NCBI RefSeq assembly: GCF_030684315.1 | Contig: NC_081356.1 | Span: 115,333,723 to 115,397,722, forward strand | Direction of reading: 5' to 3' | DNA from: Stegostoma tigrinum | Lineage: Eukaryota | Length of the DNA: 64,000 bases | Shown: piece after piece, positions 61,730 to 64,000 of the stretch | Numbering within the stretch: position 1 is the first letter of the stretch | Layout: the number at the start of each line of letters is the position of its first letter | Translations under genes and position numbers: made by a program | Notes under the pieces: model-generated | The model's input: only the letters and a program-made list of their open reading frames with translations | Database searches by the model: none | Told to the model about the DNA's origin: nothing

Positions 61730-62625
61730 AAGCCACAGGAGCAAAAGCAGGCCATTCAGCCCAGTGAATCTATTCTGCCATTCATTGAGATCATGGCTGA
61801 TTCTATTAGCCTTAACTCCACTTTACTGCCCTTCTCCCCTAGCCCTTGATTCCCTTACTGATCAATAATCTATCGCAGGCTTAAATATACTTAGGATCCA
61901 GCCTCAATAGACCTCTGCAATAAAAAATTCCACGGATTCTCAGCTGAAGAGAAGAGATTCTGTCTGTTTTAAATGGAAAACTGTTTTCTCTGAGATTATG
62001 CCCTCCAATCCCAGACTCTGGGAGAGTCTACCCTGACAAATCCAGTAAGAATATGGCACATTTCGACAAGGTCACCTCTCATTCTTCTAAATTCCAATGA
62101 GTACACGTCTAATCTACTCAATCTCACCTCATAAAAAAATCATTCTTGACAAATCAACATAGAGAACTTTCTCTGGGCTGCCTCCAATGCCTCAGTATTT
62201 TAGATTTGTTTTGGTATGAGTGCCAAAATTTTGCACAGTATTCTAGGTTTTACATAGTATCTTCTGTCGTTTTAGCAAAACTACCCTAATTTTATACTCC
62301 ATTCCCTTTGAGCTAAAGGCGGAAATTCCATTTGTCTTCCTTATTACCCACTGAATTTGGATGCTAGCTTTCTATGATTCATGGACAAGAAACCCAATGT
62401 CTCTGTCCTGTAGCTTTCCACAATTTTTCTCCATTTAAATAACATTCAGCTCCTCTGTTCGTCCCGAGAAAGTACATGTCCTCACATTTCTCCTCATTAT
62501 ATTCCTTCTGCCTAGTTTGTGAACAGGTACATAACCCGTCTATATTCCTCTCCAGATTCTTTGTATCACTTGCCTTCCTGTCTATTTTTGTGTCATCTGC
62601 AAAACTAGTGATAGTATATTCAGCA
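61730..62625 (-). mobile_element. CR1 3' portion with RT catalytic motif
   Basis: Minus ORF 62379-62705 SFADDTKI...YNEEKCE...YLNGEKL. CR1 3' UTR at ~61735. Confidence 0.88.
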
Positions 62626-62963
62626 ATTAGCATCTCATATTTACAAACACAAGTTCTTAAGCGGGAAAAATTAGGAAATGAAATGCTTTTGTTTATAAAG
62701 AGCAAACAACTTCACCCTGGGGAAACATTTCTCAAGGAGTACAATGAGCACAACAAATCCATACAAACATCAATATGGTGCCTCTAAAATGTTTAATGCA
62801 TCATTCCAGAAACATGATCTAATGAAATTATTGATTTGAGTTACAATATCCACAATAATGCCTTTCGTCACTTCACTCATTTTGCCCTTTACTGTCTGCC
62901 GTTTCTTAAAGCTTCAGAAAATACTTCTCTATGATTTTGAATTGCAGCATGCCTTTAAAGTGG

Positions 62964-63197
62964 TGAAGTAACTCCACGAAGGCTGATATCCTGTCACCAA
63001 GTCACCCTTGATTTACATGTGCATAGTATATGACATTGACCCAGCTAGCTGAGAGCCAGCTCCTCCAGTGAATAGAGCCCGTGACACTCCTATTTAAACC
63101 TATCAGCCTGGGCTCCCTGATTGGACCGGGTTAACAGCCTCAATCAGGGAATTCTTACTTGATGAGATCCACTGGCTGATCTCGTTCCAATCACTAA
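62964..63197 (-). mobile_element. Short LTR-like element
   Basis: Minus strand shows CCAATCAG, TATA-like TTTAAATAG, poly(A)-like TAAATCAAG and a terminal TTCA in LTR order. No TSD. Confidence 0.45.
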
Positions 63198-63374
63198 TGT
63201 AGGAAAAATTGCAAGGTTTTTCAGAGGAATCTAAAAGACCGTGTGCTTTGAAAATCAACATGGTTTTGAGTAAATGACTCCCTCCATGGTAGAAGATGAA
63301 ATTTGAGTTCAGTAAAGGTAAAAACCAAAACAACTGAAATTACATTAAAAAAAAACCAAATGACAAACCATGCA

Positions 63375-63565
63375 ACAACTGGTGACTGTCGTAAAAACCC
63401 ATCTGTTTTACTGATGTCTATGAGGGAAGGCCACCACCCATCCTTACGTGGTCTGACTTAGAGGTGACTCCAGAGCCACAACAATCTGGTTAATTTCAAA
63501 CTGTCCTCTGGGAATTAATGCAGGCTTAGTCAGTGATACACCAATTCTGTGAATGAATTTTAAAA
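63375..63565 (+). mobile_element. SINE 3' half (family of 2557-2886)
   Basis: AAAAACCCATCTG...AGGGAAGG...GTGACTCCAGAGCCACA...GTGAATGAATTTTAAAAA. Confidence 0.75.
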
Positions 63566-64000
63566 ATTTTTTAACTTCAATGTGGCGTGAGGCCAATGTG
63601 GAACAGCAAGGGCAAAGTGATGAGCAAGCAAGTTCTTGGTGGCTAGGCTGAGGAAGCAGAGCTCTGGAAAAAGGGAATTCGATGAAGAAAATTTGGTGGA
63701 TTTGGAGAAATGGTCTCAATTTTGCTCTGTGATGCAGTTTCCAGGAGAGGAATACTGGAGTAAAACATCTGCCTGCTGCCATTTAGATTCATATCAATCT
63801 TAGGATCATTTGAATGTTAATGATGGAAATTACTTTAGACGAGGCATCTCCAACACTAATATTCAATTTGCCACCCAAATATGGGCATATGAATTCAATA
63901 TCCGTCATCTCATTTAATAAAATAATTTTAGCAGCAAGAATGAATTGTTATCACCCTCATGAAGGTCCTCAAGTTGGCTCACCCTCTCCACCAGTCCTTT

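Overview
Eukaryotic, repeat-rich sequence with no recognisable host protein-coding gene. It reads as deep intronic or intergenic DNA of a cartilaginous fish, inferred from HE1-type V-SINEs, CR1/HER1-like LINEs and DeuSINE-like elements; family names come from remembered motifs, not from a search. Contents: (i) one 2.7-kb internally deleted CR1 LINE and many truncated CR1, L2, RTE and CR1/L2-group fragments; (ii) at least four tRNA-derived SINE families; (iii) several probable solo LTRs; (iv) a 37-bp CCAAT/CACCC minisatellite; (v) two N-runs. The most notable feature is about 20 Penelope-like element (PLE) derivatives from at least four families. Many are short head-to-head inverted repeats with a one-sided ~35-nt tail and 12-17 bp target-site duplications, and many carry a minimal hammerhead ribozyme core (CTGANGA-stem II-GAAAC-GTH). 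Almost all ORFs in the track are decayed transposon frames or chance ORFs. No prokaryotic or CRISPR features were seen.
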